DNA from: Bryobacterales bacterium
GTDB taxonomy: Bacteria > Acidobacteriota > Terriglobia > Bryobacterales > UBA6623
Length of the DNA: 64,000 bases
Reading direction: 5' to 3'
Assembly (NCBI GenBank): GCA_965213745.1
Contig: CBDBZZ010000025.1
Location: 87,995 to 151,994, forward strand
The position numbers and the translations under genes are program-made. The first letter of the stretch is position 1. Each line of letters opens with the position of its first letter. Below are positions 59,508 through 64,000 of this stretch, piece after piece. The notes under the pieces are model-generated. The model saw only the letters and a list, made by a program, of their open reading frames with translations, had not been told where the DNA came from and searched no databases.

Positions 59508-62228
59508 ATGGATTTTGGTGAGACATCCTGCAGAGTCCGTTTGGCTCTGTTCACGATAGCGGTGCTGGCCTGCGCGGGCGTCCCCGGCACTCTGCAGGCC
59601 CAGCAGCCGAGCGACGCCGGCTCGGCGGCAGCCGATCAGGAGAAGCCCACCGCTCCAGAGACCCCAGCTGCGGCGGCGAACGCAGACGCTTCCGCCGAGA
59701 GCGGAGCTGCCGCCCAGCGGACCAACCTCAATCTCCTCGGCCAGGAGGACACGCGCTCAGGAGAGGCCCGCCGCAACGAAAACGTCCAATTCAACCTGGT
59801 CGATACGAACACTCTGCAGGAATTGAATATCCGGCTCGGCGCGACCGCAACGATCGTCACGGACTTCCAGCCCGACCGAGACTACTACGGAGCAGAATAC
59901 GGTCGCAGAGCGCGGCCAAACTTGCACCTGCCTCCTGCCCGCGGCCAGGGCCTGCACGGCAACGTTTTCGCGACCCACGGCAACAGCGTCCTCTCGGCCA
60001 GGTCGTTCTTCCAGTTCGGCGAGGTTCAGCCGGCCAACGAGAACCGCTACGGCTTGCGCCTGACGGGCCCCGCTGGGGGCGGCACCCGCTTCAGCATCAA
60101 TGCCTCCCAGCAGAAGATCCGCGGCCAAGTCAACGGCAATGTCTTGGTGCCTCTGCCCGACGAGCGGACCCCGCTGCTGATCGACCCGTCCAGCGGCGAG
60201 CGCACGGACGACGCGACGCGAGCGATCGTCGACCAGCTGCTCGCGGCCTATCCGGCGGAACTGCCTAACCGCACAGACATCGACCCTCGGGCGCTCAACA
60301 CCAACGCCCCGCAGCGGGTGGACACGGACTCGGTCAACCTCCGCCTCGACCAGGACCTGGGCGGGGGCAAGCTGGGCCTGGGCTATGTCTTCACCTCTCA
60401 GAGCGTCGACGCGTTCCAGCTCGTGCGCGGCGCGAATCCGGACACCGAGATCAAGAACCACAGGCCCCGCGTCACGTGGACGAAAGCATGGTCGCCGCGC
60501 ACCGTGACCAACTTCTCGGGCGGCTTTGACCGCGTAGGCTCGCTGCTGATCCCGGAGCCCGACAACTTCGGGCCCACAGTGGGGGTGTCGAACGCCATCG
60601 CCGGCCAGGGACCCTCGCCGCTAATCCCTGTGGACCGGGCCCTGAACACGTACCGAGCCGCCGGCCAAGTGTCGCGCACCAGCGGCAGCCACAGCATCAG
60701 GGCCGGCTTCCATCTCGGGCGCGTTCAGCTCAACGGCGTCGAGCAGCAGGCGATCCGGGGCAACACCCAGTTCTCCGACAACTTCGGCAACGACGCGATC
60801 ACAAACTTCCGTCTTGGACGGCCCACGCGGCTGCTCAAGACCGTCGGCAGCTTCCACCGCGGCTTCCGCCAGTGGGTCAGCCAACTCTACGCGGCGGACA
60901 CCTGGAAGCCGCTGCCGGACCTGACGCTGAATTTCGGGCTGCGCTACGAGCTGGTCACCCCGCCCCGGGAAGTCAACGAGTTTGAGACGCTGCCCTACGG
61001 CTGCGACTGCAACAACTTCGCTCCGCGGTTCGGCTTCGCCTACCGCCTGAACGACCGCTGGGGCACGCTCCGCGGTGCCTACGGCGTGTCGTACGGCGAG
61101 ATCTACCCTGTCACCTACAGCCAGTACCGGATCAACGCTCCCAATGTCGTGCGGCTGGTGGTGCTGCAGCCCCGGCTGACCGACATCATCAGCGGCGCGG
61201 CGTTCGCCAACGTCACGCCGGGCTCGCGGTCCACGCTGTTCGACATCGCCAACAACCTCGTGGAACCCTACAGCCACCAGTACAGCATGAGCTGGGAGTT
61301 CGGGCTATCGCGGACGACCAACCTGCAGCTGGGCTATGTCGGCAGCCGCACGCACAAGGTGTTCCAGGCTTGGTTCCTCAACCGCGGCGAGCGGCCCCAA
61401 GGCGTGCCCGTGACGGTTCGCACCACGAATGTGCGCCGGGCGGACTCGCGCTACAACGATGTCCTGCGCTTGCACAACGCTTCGCGGGCGTATTTCGACG
61501 CGGCTCGGGCCGCGCTGGTGATCCGCGACCTGCAGGGCTTCACCGTCGATGCCGCCTACTGGTTCAGCAAGTCGATCGATCTCGGGAGCGACTACACCAA
61601 CACGATGAACGGCGGGGACGCCCGGCGGGCGGTCAGCCAGACGGCATACGAGATCCACTCGGACGTCAAGTCGCTCAGCTTCTTCGACCAGCCCCATTCG
61701 TTCCTGCTTCGGGCTGTGTACGAAACCCCCCAGGGCAGCGGCTGGGTGGGCCGACTGTTCGGGGCCTGGCAATTCTCGACGGTCACCCTGCTCAAGACGG
61801 GCACGCCGTTCACGGTGCAGACGGGTTCGGACGGTCCCGGCTTCGGCAATGTCGACGGAGCGATGGGCGACCGTCCCCACCTGCTTGACAACTCGATCCT
61901 CGGCAGTACGGTAGGTGATCCCGACACATCGAGGCAGACTCTGCGCCGGGAGGCCTTCGCGTTCCAGGCCGTAGGCGACTTGGCCGGCAGCCTCGGCTTG
62001 CGCACCTTCCGCAAAGGCAAGATCGCCAACGTCAACGCCAGCCTGTCGCGCAGCTGGGCTGTGGCTGGAGAGAACCGGCTAACGTTTCGGGCGGAGTCAG
62101 TCAATTTTTTCAACACGCCGCAGTTCGCCAACCCCAACTTCAACCTGACGTCGCCGAGCTTTGGCCGGATTACCAACACGCTGAACGACGGCCGTACGTT
62201 TCGGCTGACCTTGCAGTACGACTTCTAA
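59508..62228 (+). CDS. TonB-dependent-receptor-like outer-membrane beta-barrel protein with low-complexity N-terminal linker
   Basis: Start set at ATG 59508 (MDFGETSCRVRLALFTIAVLACAGVPGTLQA). About 45 aa of an A/P/E/S-rich linker follow, then NENVQFNLVDTNTLQELNIRLGATATIV... and a long barrel ending ...GRTFRLTLQYDF with terminal Phe. Confidence 0.8.
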   Translation: MDFGETSCRVRLALFTIAVLACAGVPGTLQAQQPSDAGSAAADQEKPTAPETPAAAANADASAESGAAAQRTNLNLLGQEDTRSGEARRNENVQFNLVDTNTLQELNIRLGATATIVTDFQPDRDYYGAEYGRRARPNLHLPPARGQGLHGNVFATHGNSVLSARSFFQFGEVQPANENRYGLRLTGPAGGGTRFSINASQQKIRGQVNGNVLVPLPDERTPLLIDPSSGERTDDATRAIVDQLLAAYPAELPNRTDIDPRALNTNAPQRVDTDSVNLRLDQDLGGGKLGLGYVFTSQSVDAFQLVRGANPDTEIKNHRPRVTWTKAWSPRTVTNFSGGFDRVGSLLIPEPDNFGPTVGVSNAIAGQGPSPLIPVDRALNTYRAAGQVSRTSGSHSIRAGFHLGRVQLNGVEQQAIRGNTQFSDNFGNDAITNFRLGRPTRLLKTVGSFHRGFRQWVSQLYAADTWKPLPDLTLNFGLRYELVTPPREVNEFETLPYGCDCNNFAPRFGFAYRLNDRWGTLRGAYGVSYGEIYPVTYSQYRINAPNVVRLVVLQPRLTDIISGAAFANVTPGSRSTLFDIANNLVEPYSHQYSMSWEFGLSRTTNLQLGYVGSRTHKVFQAWFLNRGERPQGVPVTVRTTNVRRADSRYNDVLRLHNASRAYFDAARAALVIRDLQGFTVDAAYWFSKSIDLGSDYTNTMNGGDARRAVSQTAYEIHSDVKSLSFFDQPHSFLLRAVYETPQGSGWVGRLFGAWQFSTVTLLKTGTPFTVQTGSDGPGFGNVDGAMGDRPHLLDNSILGSTVGDPDTSRQTLRREAFAFQAVGDLAGSLGLRTFRKGKIANVNASLSRSWAVAGENRLTFRAESVNFFNTPQFANPNFNLTSPSFGRITNTLNDGRTFRLTLQYDF

Positions 62229-62616
62229 GCGGTCGGCGGGCATAGGCGCACGGAGCAGCTTGGGGAGCGGCGAGCTGCACCTCACGCGCAGACACCGTCA
62301 GCCGCGTTTACGCTACGCACATTGAATCCGCCCGCGATGCGCACAGCCCTAGCGAGGGCCCCACCGTCTCCGTGCGCGTGTCGTGACATTCCGGCCCTGC
62401 AGCGGCACCCAGGCATCCTGACCGGTCTCCATCCGGTGATCGGCTGCACGCAGTCCCTCCGAGCCCTCAGCGGGCACCGGGTATGATATGAGGCCTAGCG
62501 GACGGTTGGACGAAGTTGCCCAGTCGGCAGGCCGCCGGCAAAACGGGGATTGCTAGTCGTGTACCCGTATGGACCGGATAGCTGATGAGGCGCTTTTCCC
62601 AGCGAATTCAAGGACA

Positions 62617-62621
62617 GGAGG
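62617..62621 (+). promoter_or_regulatory. Shine-Dalgarno sequence
   Basis: GGAGG lies 8 nt upstream of ATG 62630. Confidence 0.5.
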
Positions 62622-62629
62622 TTGAGTGC

Positions 62630-64000
62630 ATGACCACCAGCCGCAGAGGCTTCATGAGCGGAGCGGTTGGAGGTGCGGCCCTTGCAGCCGCGTCGGGCCG
62701 GCCGGCGAAATCGGCGCAGGTCAGGGCCAGCGACACGCTGAACATCGGCGTGGTCGGGTTCCGCGGGCGGGGCAGGGCTCACATCCGGGAGTTCGCGCGG
62801 ATGCCCGGTGTGCGCGTGGCCTATCTGTGCGATGTGGACGAGCGCCTGTTTCCGGACGCGGTGGCCGAAGTCGAGCAGCTGGGAGGCTACACGCCCCGGA
62901 CGGAAACCGACATTCGGAAGCTCTTGGAACGCGAGGACCTCGACGCGATTTCCATCGCCACGCCAGACCATTGGCACGCGCTGATGACGATCTGGGCCTG
63001 CCAGGCTGGCAAGGATGTCTATGTCGAGAAGCCCTGCTCCTACACGCTGTGGGAGGGGCGCAAGATGGTCGAGGCGGCGCGGAAGTACGGACGCATCGTC
63101 CAGGTCGGGCTGAACCGGCGGAGCAGCCTGCGCGTCCGCTCGGCAATCTCGTTCGTCCTCGGCGGCGAGTTCGGCACTGCCTACAGAGCCAAGGCCATTG
63201 TCTACCGCGGCCGGATCAACATCGGCCGCGTGGCAGAGTCCTCCATCCCCGAGGGGGTGAACTGGGACCTGTACCTCGGGCCGGCCCCCTATCGCGCTTT
63301 CACGATGAACCGCTTCCACTACGGCTGGCATTTTTTCTGGGACACATCCACGACCGAGATCGGCAACAACGGCGTCCACTACCTGGATGTGGTGCGGTGG
63401 GGCCTCGCCAAGAACGTGCATCCGGTCCGGATCCACTGCACGGGAGGTCAGTTTTTGGAGGACTCGGACTCCGAGGTGCCGAACGTCCAGGTGGGCACCT
63501 TCGAGTACGCCGACGGCACGCTGGCGGAGATCGATGCCACTACCCTCTACAGCCCCACCTTCGGAGGTGCCCGGATGGGAGCGTTCTTTTACACCGACCA
63601 GGGCTACGTTTCCTCGCCCAAGGACTGGACGGCGAACCGGGGGCAGTTCAGCCCCGGCGACCGCCCGGATCCACCATCGGGCGTATCCCTGCGAGCAACG
63701 AACCTCAGCTTTCCGAGGATCGAATACCCGGAGGGCCCGCTAATCCCAACGCTAGACGAGGAGGAGATGAGCCTCTTCCAGAACTTCGTGGACTGCGTGC
63801 GGTCGCGTCGGCGCGAAGAATTGCGCTGCGAGATCGAGGATGGCCACCTGTCGACCTCGCTCTGCCACTTGGCGAACATCTCGTTCCGTACTGGCCGCAA
63901 GCTCGTGTTCGATTCCGAGACCGAAATGTTTCCGGGAGACGAAGAAGCAAATCAGTGGCTGCGCCGCGAGTACCGCAAGCCTTACGTGGTCCCGGACCAA
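62630..64000 (+). CDS. Gfo/Idh/MocA-family oxidoreductase with Tat signal (3' end beyond window)
   Basis: Absent from the ORF track because it runs off the window. MTTSRRGFMSGAVGGAALAAASGRPAKSAQ (twin-arginine), LNIGVVGFRGRGRAHI (Rossmann), DAISIATPDHWHALMTIWACQAGKDVYVEKPCS (EKP motif). The frame stays open for 457 codons to nt 64000. The antisense ORF 62495-63436 is its shadow. Confidence 0.85.
   Translation, partial: MTTSRRGFMSGAVGGAALAAASGRPAKSAQVRASDTLNIGVVGFRGRGRAHIREFARMPGVRVAYLCDVDERLFPDAVAEVEQLGGYTPRTETDIRKLLEREDLDAISIATPDHWHALMTIWACQAGKDVYVEKPCSYTLWEGRKMVEAARKYGRIVQVGLNRRSSLRVRSAISFVLGGEFGTAYRAKAIVYRGRINIGRVAESSIPEGVNWDLYLGPAPYRAFTMNRFHYGWHFFWDTSTTEIGNNGVHYLDVVRWGLAKNVHPVRIHCTGGQFLEDSDSEVPNVQVGTFEYADGTLAEIDATTLYSPTFGGARMGAFFYTDQGYVSSPKDWTANRGQFSPGDRPDPPSGVSLRATNLSFPRIEYPEGPLIPTLDEEEMSLFQNFVDCVRSRRREELRCEIEDGHLSTSLCHLANISFRTGRKLVFDSETEMFPGDEEANQWLRREYRKPYVVPDQ

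Noticed and set aside
62229-62629. 400-bp leader upstream of the Tat oxidoreductase as a riboswitch or ncRNA.
   Set aside because: No conserved riboswitch core sequence or convincing extended stem structure was recognised by eye. Only the GGAGG ribosome-binding site is reported.
1-64000. Apparent abundance of CTAG tetranucleotides as a sign of hypermutation or Dcm-type deamination.
   Set aside because: A rough by-eye tally (about one per 600-800 bp) is still below the random expectation for this base composition (about one per 300 bp). CTAG is therefore not enriched overall. Only its specific association with the GGCGTG..CACGCC palindrome and the IS5 end is reported.

Overview
GC-rich bacterial chromosomal DNA (about two-thirds G+C by eye, not computed). 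The gene set suggests an Acidobacteriota- or PVC-type organism: giant CarboxypepD_reg/TonB-type outer-membrane proteins, formylglycine sulfatases, Tat-signal Gfo/Idh/MocA oxidoreductases, GH95, DUF1501. No tRNA, rRNA or CRISPR array was found. The window is an accessory region saturated with insertion sequences. At least seven IS630-family copies or fragments fall into two terminal-repeat subtypes. There are also two 94-bp IS630-derived MITEs plus a solo terminus, three to four IS1380-like copies, and IS5-, IS1595- and IS66-like remnants. Roughly half of the recognisable genes carry single nonsense codons, frameshifts or IS truncations. Several very long ORFs (1121, 906, 822, 630, 529, 509 codons) are nevertheless intact. 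Apparently intact genes: an MscS channel plus an SLC12-like permease, a Fic protein, a TPR protein, two Tat oxidoreductases, a Kelch lipoprotein, one sulfatase, a TIM-barrel isomerase, hicAB, a 298-aa orphan, one IS630 transposase, a secreted four-Cache-module protein, an ABC ATPase, GH95, two giant OMPs and a Uma2 nuclease. The most notable observations are these. (1) An IS5-bounded tandem duplication carries a stand-alone secreted protein built from four sCache_2-like modules; one copy is intact and one decayed. (2) An eroded defence/integrative island has intact hicAB lying between the pieces of a shattered type III R-M operon, next to an orphan protein. (3) Two same-orientation MITEs bracket an 8-kb OMP-containing module. 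(4) A 14-bp palindrome flanked by CTAG recurs and matches the IS5 terminus. I did not find a clearly intact multigene system that I can call novel. Every family assignment comes from motif recognition by eye and needs a database search.
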